Positions 10,331 through 24,037 of a DNA stretch of 64,000 nt are shown one piece after another. The stretch is from assembly GCF_018977255.1 (NCBI RefSeq), contig NW_024704743.1:78494001-78558000 (forward strand). The letters are read 5' to 3'. The notes below the pieces were generated by a model that made no database searches, was not told the origin of the DNA, and saw only the letters and a program-made list of their open reading frames with translations. The position numbers were made by a program, and so were the translations under genes. Source of the stretch: Callorhinchus milii. Lineage: Eukaryota. Position 1 is the first letter of the stretch. Each line of letters begins with the position of its first letter.

Positions 10331-12129
10331 ACATTACAGTCAATTCACTTTACAGTATATTCTGTGAAGGGCTTTGAGGCGTCTCAAAGACGTGATAAGG
10401 CATCATATCAAATGCAAGGATTATATATATATTATTTTTATTATAAGACTACCCTACCCGTTAGAGCTTTGGCTTGCAGGGTTAACAGAAACTGAATTTT
10501 ATGAACACTTTGCCTCCTGGTACAATACATGTATATACATAAATGATGCATTAAATGCTAGAAGCATTCAAACATCATCAAACTCTCCACCACACCTATT
10601 CTCCATAGCAACATTCCTCTGCCCTGTAGATAATAAACCTTAGTGTACATACATGAATGTTAAATGCAGTGAGCTAAACTTCATAGTAAATTCAAGCAGA
10701 GGTGTCCTAGCCAACAATCCTTCAGATAAAATCGGTCATTCATAGCTGTTTAATAATAATAAAAAATAATGCTTGCATTTGATATAGTGCCTTATCTTGT
10801 TGTTGAGACGTCTCAAAGCGCTTCACGGAATATACTGTAAAGTGAATTGATTGAATATTTTATACCTTTTGTTTTTGGGACATTGCTGTGTGCAAATTAG
10901 CTGCCACATTCACCTATAAAATGCATTATTCAGTAAATTCTGTGACCACACCCCCATCTTGCGTCATCCTTCCGGCATGAAAGATGCTGCATTAAATGCA
11001 AGGATTATTATCAATAATAATCCTGTTCTGAAAGCGCTGACACAAAGTTTCAAAGATTTTCAAATGACCAACCTCTTGAATCTGATTCTTAGTTTCCAAT
11101 TGCTTTTATGACTACTGTTGATTCACCATACCCAGAGGAATCACCACCCTCTCAAGCTTCATCACTGTTCTCCTTCAAGTTAGCAATTCCCTCAGTTCTG
11201 CATTTACTAGATATTAACATAGGCACTCGTGTGTTGAGGCATGAAGATATTGTTTTCCAATCACAATTGCGTTAGGTAACCATAATAGTTCTGAGAATAT
11301 AATCCACTTCAGGGAATTGGAGCAGTATTTGATTGAAATTGTATATGTTAGAACCACCTTTGCCTTAAGTTACCCAAGAGGTTTCCCAGGCATATTAAAT
11401 AAAGGAAGCAACAAGAAGCTGCTGATGGAGACCTTTCTTTTGGGGAAATTAATATTTACCTGTCAATAGTGACTGCACTGACAAGCTGTAAAGGGCAGGG
11501 CTGAGTTGTCTTGTGATTAAAGGATATTTTCAACATGTACATAAGCAACACTTTGACTTTCAACAAGCAAACATTGACAGTGTGTGTATTTTTACCCCTG
11601 GTTGGTTCTTACAAACCCTAGAATTCACAAACAGATTCAAAATCCATCTTTCTTCAAAGATCTTTCACTGGAGTCGTAAACTTCTCCTTGAACACTTCTA
11701 TTCCACATGGACCTCTGCAAAATTAATCCAACGATAACACAGATTTACTAAGTGAACCACAGCCCATTCTGAAAGTGCCAGAATACTTACTCACAAGACC
11801 TGTTGTGTCTTGCCTTAAGTGAAATATGTTCAGTCAGGCTTTAAAAGCTACAGAGCTCTATAGTATAATTTACATGATTTATTGCAGTACAGTAATTGCA
11901 ACATTAGCTCAATGTGCTGTTTAGTTCTTGTTGTAGATTTTCATATCTAACACATACAAAATAATTGTATGTATTCCTAAAATCTAACTTGATGTGTTTC
12001 TTAAAACCATGTTTCTATGAATTCAACCAATGCCTGGCAATGAATCCCTGCCAAGTAACCAACGTATCAAATTATTATTTTTACCAGTGTTTTTTAGAAG
12101 TTATAATCTATAAGAATTCTTTTTACATA

Positions 12130-12542
12130 TACGAGAAACTATTTCCACTGGCGGGTGGGTCGGTAACCCAAGGATACCAATTTCAAATAGTTGTTAAAAG
12201 AAATAGAGGGGAGGTGAGGATAAATTTTTTCACGCAGCAAGTTGTTCGGATCTGGATTGCATTGCTTGGGTCCCGACCCAACTGTCCAGCGCCTTGGGAC
12301 GTCCTCCCGATGTGAAAGATGCTCTATAAATGCGATCTTGTTGTTGTTGTTGTTGTTGAAACGGTGGTGGAAGCCAATTTGATAACAACTTTTACGAGAG
12401 AAGTAGATAATTATTTGGGGAGGGCTGTGGGGAGTGAGCGGGGGAGCGGGATTGAATTGGACAGCTCTTTTCAAAGAGCCCGCACAGATGCAATGGGCTG
12501 AATGAGCTTCTTCTGTACTGTATAATTCTATGATTCTATGAT
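12130..12542 (+). mobile_element. CR1 3' fragment with a nested L2 3' tail (~12268-12358)
   Basis: [20 protein letters not shown] coding remnant; ATTCTATG tail; L2 stem-loop + (TTG)n inserted. Confidence 0.85.
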
Positions 12543-13779
12543 ATATGCAAGCATGACTTATCTATTATCCTAAAACACTATATTCATTTGGAAGTAAAAG
12601 TAATTGGGCTGAAATTTGTGCAAACGTCGCAACTTTGACTCGATAATTACGCCTTCTGCCACACCTTTTACATTAATTTACGCCACAGCTGTATGCTCCT
12701 TGCTTGTCAGTTGCTGTTTGATATGTTTAACTGTCTCAACGTGCCCAAAAAAACAGCACTGCAAAACAATGGATTATTTAAAATGTGTCACAGAAGACAC
12801 TATTTGGCCAAAGATACCTAAGCATCTCCCAAAAGTATTATACTTTGTGTTTAGTAAAATAAAGAAGCTAAATGTTTAAATGCACTCCAATGCTAGTTCT
12901 GGGACAGCAGATATACTTAGGATTGTATCACTCATACACATATTGACCCCAAACTAAATTAAAAGCCATTACCAGGGCTCAGTTACTTATTCTATTGGAT
13001 GGCTCATGTTGTACGATTCAAAATGTTCAATTAAAATATAATTGAATTAAGTTCAATTTCAGCCAAAATCTTCTTTACTGTCACAGAGCAAATTGGGTAC
13101 ACTTTCATTTAAAGAGTTTAGAATAAGTTACACAGCCATGTGTCCACTGACTCCCAAAGATTGATAAGACTTTTTCTACAGATACAATTCATTGCATTAT
13201 GCACAATAGGGTTTAATTTCTTGCTCTCTTTGATGGATCAATGGCTTTATTCGGATGAGTTATAAATGGGTAGTTATTGGAAAAAGTTGAGACACCTTGG
13301 GATAAGCAGTGCAATACCCAAATCCCAAACAGATTTGCTGCTGCTAAGACTTGCAGTAGTAATTTACTATTATAAAACACTTTAAAAATTTCTTTAAAAT
13401 TCCTAAAAAACAGCGTCCTAAATAAGAATTTTCCAAAATTCTGCATGTTTTTAAATTTAAAAAATGTTTTTTTTGTTCTCACCCATTTCCAGGCGTTGTG
13501 GGTAAGCCAGGGGTGGACTGGGTAGATGAACATGAATGGTTCCTGAGCGCCCCAGTGAATGGCTCCCGATGTTTCACCGCCAAGTACAGCCTAATTCAGA
13601 AGTTCCAAGTTTCTTTTAAAATGCGCTGATGTTTTTGATTTTTAGCGCCCCCATTTTATCTGACAATCCCAAGCCTTTTCAGAGAGCCAGGTTGCAATCC
13701 ATGCCTGGTTTCACCCTTACCTTTCCCAATGCCTCTACTTTGTATCTGCTTTCCCTCCAGCCCTGGCACTGTCACATGC

Positions 13780-15940
13780 AGCATTCCCCAGGGCTCTGCC
13801 TTCTCCTCTTTAATATTTTAATGCTTCCATTCAATGACATCATTCACACACATAGGGTTAACTTGCACAAAATATACAAATGATACTCAACTCTATCTCC
13901 CTGCCTCCACCCTTGACTTGAGGACCACTGCTGTCCTGATGGATTGCATGTCAGGCATCAAGTCCTGGATGAGAGTTAACTTTCTCTAATTGAATGTTGA
14001 CAAGACAGAGGACCTCTTGCTTGGCTCTTGTCAGTGCCTTCTCACCTCAGATACTGACAACAATAAATTACCCTTGTATAGCACCCTTCATGTCCAAAAG
14101 AGGTCCCAGAGCGCTAGACAATCAGGGGTTTTGGACTCAAGCTGGGAGTTGGGGTCAGAAGGGGAAGAGGATGGTGTGGGTGGGAGGGTGGCTGAAGGCA
14201 CGGTCAAAGAGGAAGGTCTTCAGACAGGACTTGAAGGAGGCAAGAGAAGGGGTGTGCAAAGGGATTGGGGGATAGAGTTCCAGAGTGTGGGGAAAGATGA
14301 CATCGCTGAGTGGGAGCATGTATAGATGGAGCATGAAGAGGAGGGAACCAAAGACAGAGCCCTGAGGGATGCCACACGTGACAGTGCGGGGGCTAGAGGA
14401 GGAGCCATTAGTGGCCACAAAGTGCAGACTGTGGGAAAGGTAGGATTGGAAGCAGGCAAGAACAGAACAATTGATGTGCTGGTGAGAGGACAGATGGTAG
14501 AGAAGAATAGAATGGTCAACAGTAACAAAAGCGGTCAAGAAGGACGAGGAGGCAGAGAGAGCCCTGGTCGTAGATGGACAGAATGTCATTTGTCACTTTG
14601 ACCAGGGCTGTCTCTGTGCTGTGAACAACATGAAGCCCAGATTGGAGTGGTTCATGGAGGGAATGCTGGGAATGGAAAGAGCGAAGCTAGGAAGCGACGA
14701 CTCGTTCCATGACCTTTGATAGAAAAGGAAGGTTTGAAATGGGGTGGTAGTTGGAGAGCAGAGATGGGTCAAGAGAAGATTTTTTGAGGGTAGTGGTGAT
14801 GACTGCTGTCTTTAAGGGATGGGTATGGTGCCAGGGGACAGCATCACTATTCATGGATGAACTCTTCACCTCTCTGAGCTAGTGTGGACCCTTGTGTCTT
14901 GATCGATTCTCAATTACCTCCGCCACATTGCCCTTGTGTCTTGATCGATTCTCTGACCGTACCTTACCCCAAATACAGCCAAAACCCTCGTGCATGTGTT
15001 TGTCACCTCCCACCTGGATTACTCAAACGCACTCCTTGCCGGTCTCCCCAGCTCCACTATTCAAAAAATCCAGCTCATTCAGAACTCTGCTGCTCTCATA
15101 CCTACCCAGGCCAAACTTGTTGTATCCTCATCTCACTAGTTCTGGCCAGGCTCCACTGGTTCCCCATCACTGAACGGATCGACTTCAAGATCCTCTCTCT
15201 CATGTTTAAAGCCATTCACTCTCTGGCACCTCCCCACCTCTCCGACCACCTCACTCCCCAATCCACTACTCAGCGCCTTCTGCTTGTCCCTCAGACCCTC
15301 CGCTCCACCATTGGAGGTCGTGCTTTCAGCCACTACGCCCCCAAACTCTGGAACACTCTCCCTCAATCCCTCTGCCTTGTCCACTCTCTCTCCCTTTTCA
15401 AGTCCCACCTGAAAACCTTCCTTTTCGACCGTGCTTACGGTCACCTCTCACCCCACCTCTGGCTTGGATTCAGGCTCCGCCACTGTTAAGCGCTGTGAGA
15501 CGCTACCCTGAGTGGAGGGCACTATATAAGTGCAAGCTGTTGTTGTTGTTGAACGGCTTCACAGTCATGGAGTGAAAATGCAAGCACGGTGGGAAATAAT
15601 GATCAAAGAAGAACCATTCTAGAAAGGTTTTGAAAGCAGAAAGAGAGGGTCCAAGGTGGATGGATTTGGGAGAGGAGTTCTGGAGAATAGAGCCTTGTGG
15701 ATGAGAGCTTGGCTGTCAGTGTTGGAAACGTGACAGGCACCAGTTTGTGGGAGAGTGGGCATTAGAGTGGAGCTGGGAGAAGGAAGCCAGTAGATCCAAG
15801 CAAGAATAGTGTTGATGAGCACATGGAGCCTAGTGTGAGAGAGGAAATGGATTGTGGATAAATTGGATAAAATGCAGTTCTGGATAAACTGGAGATTGTG
15901 GAGGATTGAACATAGGAGCAAACTGAGCAGTGTTTGTGAC
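13780..15940. mobile_element. Cluster of alternating-orientation L2 fragments (+13780-14058, -14058-14870, +14975-15550, -15600-15940)
   Basis: RT motifs GIPQGS, SNLPFLSKV, LHWFPI, LWNTLP in the ORF track. Confidence 0.85.
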
Positions 15941-16896
15941 AATCAGGGCCCAAAACAAAGTGTATGATACCTCTTGTGTAATGACATATTGTGAAAACAT
16001 ACAACAAAATCTCAGGAAATATTTGAAAAGAGGAAATATAAAACGTATGGGGAGAAGGACAAGGGAGTAGGACTAAATGGAAAGCGCTTACAGAGTGCTA
16101 GAACAGGCAATAGCCAAATGGCAGCCTCCTGTACCGAAAAATGTTATCACTTTGATTTTATGTAATGCACATGTTGCTAAGAATTGCCTTTCCTTATTGT
16201 CTGTGTTAATTTAAAAGTCAGGAGAAGACTGTCTAACTGTCCAGTATGACTCCCGTTGTACAGTGTGATCTCCTCATTGTATTCAAGAGATTAGAACAAT
16301 ATCGAAGAAGGCAATCTATTGGTGTTTTGGGCATGTTTGTAGCACAGACATTTTGAGTTGAACAAGGATCATATGTCTGATGATTTCTGGTTCAGCAAGA
16401 GAGTGCTAATTTGTGCATTTTTGCTGTGTACGGTGTTCTAATGTAGAGGACACACCCTAAATACTGGTTCCATACTGTAAGTGTGGACTTGTCTGGCATT
16501 TCCCTACATGCCACAACATTGTGCTGGAATTAAAGAAAAAAATAATGATGGCCCTGAACAGTTCTGACTGAAGTAGCTGCTCCCATTTTTCTACTGCTCT
16601 CTTGCATTCAAATTTCTCTTTGTTAAAAGCACACTTTGTGTCTCTGTACATAATATATAATACATATGGACACATTGCACAAACACACCAACTGTAAGGA
16701 GGGAAGTAGAAAATCCATTACGTTATCACTGAAATTAAATCATCTCTTATCATGGGATGTAACCCTTCGCCAACAAAAACATACAGTCAGTTCACTTTAC
16801 GGTATATTCTGTGAAATGCTTTGAGACGTCTCAAAGATGTGATAAGGCGCTATATCAAATGGAAGGATTCATATTATTATTAATGAGTAGCGTTTT

Positions 16897-17120
16897 ACAA
16901 CAACAGCAGCAAATTACATTTGTACAGCACCTTTCACATTGGGAGGACGTCTCAAGGCACTGGACAATCAGGGATTTGGACCCGAGTGGGGGGGTTGGAA
17001 TCAGGGGAGGTGGAGGGCAGGAATAGGAGGATGACCAAAGGTGCAGTCAAAGAGGAGGGTCTTGAGACATGCCTTGAAAGACGCAAGGGAGGGAGCGAGG
17101 CAAAGGGACTATGTGATTGA
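16897..17120 (-). mobile_element. L2 3' end fragment
   Basis: (CAA)n tail and stem-loop. Confidence 0.8.
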
Positions 17121-17804
17121 GATGTATAAAAAGAATCATCTGTAATTGTTAATTGTGCACAATTTGAAAAAAAAACTTGCATTTAATATAGGGTTTTAGC
17201 ACATTGAAGCATCTCAAAACCCTTCACAATAATTCCTATTCAGAGTAGTGACTATGTATTTGGATACGAATGCACACACATCATTGTCCCAGGGGGTTGA
17301 TGACCAATTTATCTTGGAGATTGTTGGCCTGGACACGGGGAGAGAAACTTCCTTCTCTTTTTGAATAGTGTCGTGGGTTCTTCAACATCTTTAACCTGAG
17401 CAGGCAAACAAGTCCATGATGACTTGACAAGTGTGCAATTTTTTCCTAACTATCGAAAAATTCTTCCTCCTTCTCCACCATGCTACACTACCAAGATTCC
17501 TCACTGCTCTCCATGTGCTGGATTTGACTGTCAGCCTACCTTAGAGCTAGTTCAAAAATAACAGATCCTCAAGTATCCTGAAACTGTGAAATCACTACTG
17601 ATTACTTCACAAGCCAGAATCAGAGGCACAGGAGCAACAGGAAAATATGACTGCATTTGTTAAGTATGTGTCAGGGTAGCTGTTGTGATGGTCTGTCTTT
17701 TTTTAAAAAAAACTTTGCTAGCTCAGGAGTTACAATTCGCAGGCTGCAAATTTCTGAATTGAAATTAAAATGGTAATTGCAATTAATGGAATTCATCTAA
17801 AATA

Positions 17805-18225
17805 AAAATAATAATCCTTGCCTTATTACGTTGTCAAGATGTCTCAAAGCACTTCACAGGATTTTACTGTGAAGTGTAATGACCATATATTGTGCAGGTA
17901 AACGCGCCCAATTTGCACACAGTAATTTTATTTGGGAAATTGTTGACGAGAACTTTGGGAGAAACTTCCTTCTCTTTTCAAATAATGGTGTGGGTCTTTA
18001 ACATCCAGATGAACAGGCAGACGGGACCTTGTTTTAAAGTCTCATCCAACAGACAGAGGCACGATTATTGGGGAGTTTCTCTTGATGTCCTGGCTGAAAA
18101 ATCCCCAAATAAAATTGGTCATTCACTTCATGGCTTTGTGTGGTATGTTGCCTCATGCAAATTGGCTGGCACAGTCACCTAAAAAATACAATCACTACAC
18201 TTTACATTAACTTCTTTCAAGCCAC
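17805..18225. mobile_element. Two inverted old DeuSINE-type fragments (-17805-18055, +18060-18225)
   Basis: CCTTGTTTTAAAGTCTCATCC core (minus) and AATTGGTCATTCACTTCATGGC...AATTGGCTG (plus). Confidence 0.6.
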
Positions 18226-19099
18226 TTGGAGACAATCCACATCTCAAATATTCTCCAGACATGAAAGTCCTTCCCAAATAATTATCTACTTCTCTCTTAA
18301 AAGTTGTTATTGAATCGGCTTTATAACCTTTCAGCCAATGCATTCCAATGCATTCCAGATCTGAACAACTTGCTGTGTGAAAAAAATTCTCCTCACCTCC
18401 CTTCTGCTTCTCTGTTTCAAAATAGTTTTGTAGTTCCTCATGATTTTTACAATTTCCGTGAATTCAGTAACATTCTAATTTGACGTTTCCAAGAATTTTC
18501 TTTGATTGAAATGATTGGTTTTAGATGTTATCTCAAACATACTGTGAGGCAGGTTCCTGCTGAGACAAACTGATTTTTTTTATGAGATTGCATTGCAGTT
18601 AATTGTTTTCTCCACCAAGCCCCACCTAATTTAGTTTGGACACACCCTTGTTTCCACTGAGCAGGCCAGCACTTCATGGTTACATTAACCTCCTTATCTA
18701 ATATGCGCCAAGATGAAATGTCAAGTGTCTTTTCAACCTTTCATCAAAATGGCAAACTCCCACCGCAGTCAGTCTTGGCTCCTGGTGTCAGAAAGAAAGA
18801 AGCATTACCTCCAGTATTCGAGGAGTGGTAGCATTCCCGGCATATATGAAATTACTCAGAGGTAAGGGAAGGGCCTGATACGTTATTGAGCACTTGGAGA
18901 CAATCCACATAACAAACAGACAAAGTGGAGTGGCAGAAAACTTATCAGTTATATAACAGTAGTAGCTGATCAGGTGAGACGCCAATAAATAGCGTTTATG
19001 TTGTGCCTTTCCCGTCAGGAGGACGTCACAAGGGAATGGACAGGGAAGGGTTTGCAACCAAGTTGCAGAGGCTAAGGAGAGCAGTGTAAGGGGGTGGTA

Positions 19100-21430
19100 G
19101 AGTCTGGAGCGAGTGAGGCACATATAGGACAAATAGATTGTGCTAATAGAATATTACTATCTATGACCTCATCCTGGATGAGCACATTGATATTCTTGGG
19201 CTTACAGAAACCTGACTTTCCCCCCTCGTTGAAGCCGCCTCTCCTGGCTACACTGTTCACCACACTCCCTGCCCCAACCAACACGGCGGCAGGTGGCCCT
19301 CATTTTCCAAGCTTTCCTTGATTTATTCCCCTATTCCTCTGGCTGTTTCTCCTCCTTTGAGCAATTCACCCTCTACCATCCCCCCTCTCTCTCCCACAAA
19401 ATCTTCCCAGTTTACTGCCTGCCCAAACCTCCTCACCAATATCTCCTCTCTCCACTCATCCCTGTCCCTTTGCACTGAACATCTGCTCATAATGGGTGAT
19501 TTCAAACTCCACCTTAACTCCCCTTGCACCACCTCCATGGATTTCACTGCCCTCCTCTCCTCCCTAAACCTCACCCTCCACATCAACTCACCGACCCACA
19601 ACCGTGGCCACTCCCTCAACCTCATCATCACACATGGCTTTGACATTCCACGGATAAGGCCATCTCGGACCACTTCCTCATCTCCCTCTGCTCCCGCATC
19701 CCCCGCTTCCAAGCCCTCCACCATTTTTTTTCCCCCGTGAGTCCCTCACAGATGCCCTCTCTTCCTCGGACCTCCTCTCTCTCTGACCCTCCACCCACAG
19801 CGATCCTGATGCAGCCATCAAGCAGCTGAATGACCGTCTCTCCACAACCTTCAATTCCCCAGCTCCCCTGAAATCCAGGGTTGTATCCAAATCCATCCTG
19901 GTACAACAGTCATCTCCGCTCATTCAAAACACAAACCCGGATTCTCGAGTGCAGATGGCAGAAATTTGGCCTCACGATTCACCATCAGCTGTGGCTCGAG
20001 CACCTCCGCACCGACTGCCTCTCCCTTTCACAAGCCAAAACTGACTTTTACTCCAAAGTCACCCTGGAGGCAAACAACAATCCAAAGACTCGGTATTCCA
20101 CTATCCATCACTTCCTCAGTCCCTCAAGCCCCCTCCATCCTCACATCAAATGCCAACTGCGAAGAGGTCCAAGACTTCTTCTCCTCAGAGATTGAAAACA
20201 TACGCTTGGCTGCATCGTCCTCCTCCACAACATTCCCTTCCATGCAACCCAGACCATCCACACTGCCTTCTCCCTCCACCACGGCTCCTGCCACTTCCCC
20301 CCTCCTTACACTCCTTTGCCACATTTTGCCTCCCTCTCAACCACAATCACCCGGATGAAGTTCACCACCTGCTGCCTCGACCCCCACCCGACCCAGCTGC
20401 TGGTCACTCAACTCCCCCTCCTCTCCCCCCTTCTGGCCGACACGGTCAACCAGTTACTCTCCTCAGGCTCTCTTCCACTCCCACTGAAAGCCGCTGTCAT
20501 CACACCCCTCTTCAAAAAAGCTATCCCTCTAATCTTGCACACTACCATTGCATCTCTAACCTACCCTTCCTTGTCAAAGTCCTGGAACGCGTTGTTGCAG
20601 GTCAACTTCGGTCACACCTCTCCCTCCACTCCTCGAACGCTTGCAGTCTGGTTTTCACCCTGCCACAGTATAGAGACAGCGCTTGTTAAAGTCACAAACG
20701 ACATTCTCTCTATCTGTGACCAGGGCTCCCTCAGCCTCCTCGTACTCCTGGATCTCTTTACTGCATTCGACAGTTGACCACGCCATCCTCCTCCACCGCC
20801 TCTCCTCCCTTATCCACCTTAGTGGGACCGCACTCGCATAGTTCAAGTCCTACTTAACCAACCGCCTCCATTTCATCTCGGCAAATGGTTTCTACTCCTG
20901 CCCTCCCCCTGGTCACCCGCAGGGTACACCAAGGCTCTATCCTTGGCCCTCTTCTTTTCCTTATCTATGTTCTTATCTATGTTCCCTTTGGGTAATATCA
21001 TCAGCAGACACGGGGTAAACTTCCACATGTATGCGGATGACACACAAATCTACTTTGCCTCCTCCAGTACCAACTCCGGGTCCACCAATGTTCTATCAGC
21101 TTGTCAGGCAGACATCAGGGCCTGGATGAGTGCAAACTTCCTGCAGCTGAATGTGGACAAAACGGAAGCCATACTCCTTGGCTCCGTCAATGTCTTCACA
21201 CCTGTGGATCTGAACTCCTCAACCTCCCTGAGCTCTCCCTCAGACTCACTGAACCAGTATACAATCTAGGCATCCAGTTTGACCCCTAGTTGTCCTTCCT
21301 CCCCCACATCTGGTCCCTGACCAGGACCGCCTTCTTCCACCTCAACCACATTGCCCGCCTCTGACTGTTACCTTACCTATAAGTATGCCACCGGCATACT
21401 TACCCAGACAAAACTCCATACCCACATCCT
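19100..21430 (+). mobile_element. Long degenerate L2 ORF2 (APE endonuclease + RT), frameshifted
   Basis: APE motifs MGDFKLHLN, PTHNRGHSLNLII; RT motifs ISNLPFLVKVLE, HSIETALVKVTNDIL, FHMYADDTQIY. Confidence 0.9.
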
Positions 21431-21871
21431 GGGACCTGGGGAGGAGGAAGGTGTAACAAATTGTCTTGGGCACCTGGGGCTAGCGTGTGAAAGTTTTAAA
21501 AAAAAACAAATCAGCCTATCTAGGATCATAAATGAAGAATCAGCACTTGGGTGAGGTCCCAGAGTGCAACCAGCAGCCTGTACTCTGACATAAAACAGAG
21601 CAACTCCTCCCCACCATGGGTGGGTAAATGTTCGGGACGGGGTGGAAAGGGCTTAAATTCCTGGAATGGCTCATTGAGATATATGATGAGCTCCAGGTGT
21701 GCCTGGTACCATGGTTACTACACTTAAGCAAACAAGCAAGAATATAAGGAGCAAGATAAGGCACTCCTTGTATGACAATGACGACAACTTGGATTTATAC
21801 AGCGCCCTTCATGCCGGATGGCCAATCAACAAGGTTTGGTTGAAACGTGGCTTATAAGGGGAAAACACAAG

Positions 21872-22430
21872 AACAACAACAAAATTACATTTGTATAGCA
21901 CCTTTCACGTTGGGAGGACATCCCAAAGCGCTGACAGAGAGTTTCGGACCCGAGCTGCGGGTCGTGATCGCGAGGGTGGAGGGCGGGGGGGAGCAGCAGG
22001 GAGATCGAGAGCACGGTCGAAGAGGAGAGTCTTGAGATGGGTCTTGAAACAGGCAAGAGAGGGGGCAAGGCAGAGGGACTGCGGGATGGAGTTTCAAAGG
22101 GTGGGGGCAGAGTGGCAGAAGGTCCGCCCGCCAATAGTGGGGCGAGTGAGGCAGGGGACATGAAGCAGGCCAGAGCCCTCTGAGTGGAGGGAGCGAGTAG
22201 GATGGAGGTCGCAGAGGTGGGGGAGCAAGACCATGGAGGGCTTTAAAGATGGGGACCAGGATCTTGAACTGTATCCTCTGAGTGATGGGAAACCAGTGGA
22301 GTCGGGCGAGGATGGGGGTGAAAGGGTGCGGAAGAGGACACCGGCTGTAGAGTTCTGGATGATCTGCAGCCTATGGAGGGAGGAGTTGGGGAGCCCGACA
22401 AGCAATGAGTTTGGATAGTCAAGCCCCGAT
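21872..22430 (-). mobile_element. L2 3' fragment
   Basis: ORF 22094-22405 (LHRLQIIQNS...TIGGRTF); (CAA)n tail. Confidence 0.9.
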
Positions 22431-22672
22431 GTATGGGGGAACTGAGAATGGGGGAAGATGTAGGTAATTTAAAACAACACTCTTGTCTCTTAAAAGTAAA
22501 TCATTCCAAAATAAATCTTCAGAAAGGCAGAAACGAGTGCCTAAACTAACAGTGCCACATAGTGGCCTTGAATATTGCTGCAATCTGCACTCACATCCTC
22601 ACATTCCTGTGAAGGTGACTATTTTTTCCACTATTTGCTATGCAATTAAACTTGAAAAAAATCAAGATTATA

Positions 22673-23015
22673 GAATAATAATCCTTGCATTTGATATAGC
22701 GCCTAATCACATTATTGAGATGCTTATTACTGTAATGTGAATTGCCTAAACTAGCAATGCCATATTCTATATTTTGTGGGCGAAATACAGCAGCCAATTA
22801 CGCACAGTAGTGTCCCACAAACAGTTGTGGATTGAGTGACCAAATTATTTTATTTATTTATTTTTGAAGGGATTATAAACCCCCAGAAAGCGATCTGCCA
22901 ATTGACTAACAACTGGCTACGTACTGCTAGGTAACCAGAGGCGTGTGGAGTAAGGAAACTTGCTTAAGGTTTCATCCTGCCCAGGAATCGAACCTGGGTC
23001 CTCTCGCTTGTGAGG
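22673..23015 (-). mobile_element. tRNA-derived SINE (long variant)
   Basis: Same family as 9980-10330 and 63060-63405. Confidence 0.85.
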
Positions 23016-24031
23016 TGACTTTAAAAANTTCAACTTGAGGGGCAACTCAATTGATTGTGAAGACTTGGGGAAGGGGATAATAATGAGAGTCTTTAAAATT
23101 TATAACTGTGAAAATTAAATGAAAATCACTGGGAATGAGTTGTCCCAAACACTGAATAGCCTACCATCACACTAGGGTAGAAAAAACACTTAAAACACTG
23201 AGACATAAACACCAGATTAAGTAAAAATCGTAAAATGAAAACAGAAATTCCCCAAACACAAAATGAGTAAACAGGCACGTGGAAAGATACCTGTGGATTT
23301 TAAACCAACTTTTTTCTGAGTATTTTTGTAATGTGAAACTTCAAGGCAATATATAGTCATTAAGGAAATGGTGGAGGAAATATTCAGCACTTGGATTGTA
23401 AATTAAAATTGTCCCTGATGTCTTAGGTTAAATTGGCTGCAACGTATCGCCCACAAATACACAGTCAATTCACTTTACAGTATATTCTGTGAAGCGCTTT
23501 GAGATGTCTAGAAGATATGAAAAGCGCTATATCAAATGCAAAGATTATTATTATTGTTATTATTATTAAAGAGTTGTATATGGTTCCCAGTGACCTCCTT
23601 CTACAATGGCTGCCATGATGAAGGAGTGTAGATAAAGAATGGCAAGGCTTGCATATAAAGAACCAGCCCTTGAGTGAGGTACCGGAAGATACCTGTTTCC
23701 ACAGGTAGAAGAATGTTCCAGGTGGAAGAAAGAAGCAAATGTTTTCAAGAGAGGGGTAAATTGCAGAAACATTAAACAGAAAAAAAAACCTCTGAGGTCA
23801 ATTGCATCATTCTACTTCCATGTCTGTTGAGATCAGTTAATTTACAGTAGGGATCCAAGCATAGCCCTTCCTGGCCTCAAGTTCATACTAATCAATGGCT
23901 TTAACTAATCAAGATGTTTTCCCAAGGAAATGATGCCTTTCAAATTCAATGTATCTATCATACAATACATCCTCTTTTTAAACAAAGAAAACATTACCAA
24001 AAAAAACATTTCATTTGCTGCATAAAACAAA

Positions 24032-24037
24032 TTTATT
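24032..24037 (-). terminator. Candidate RIOK1 polyadenylation signal AATAAA (a proximal AATAAA also at 24348-24353)
   Basis: AATAAA on the minus strand followed by a T/GT-rich downstream element around 23980-24006. Confidence 0.5.

Noticed and set aside
19100..21430. Autonomous active L2
   Set aside because: Multiple frameshifts and stops, and no 3' tail.
23028..23028. Single N base
   Set aside because: Assembly ambiguity or join, not biology. Adjacency across it should be treated with caution.
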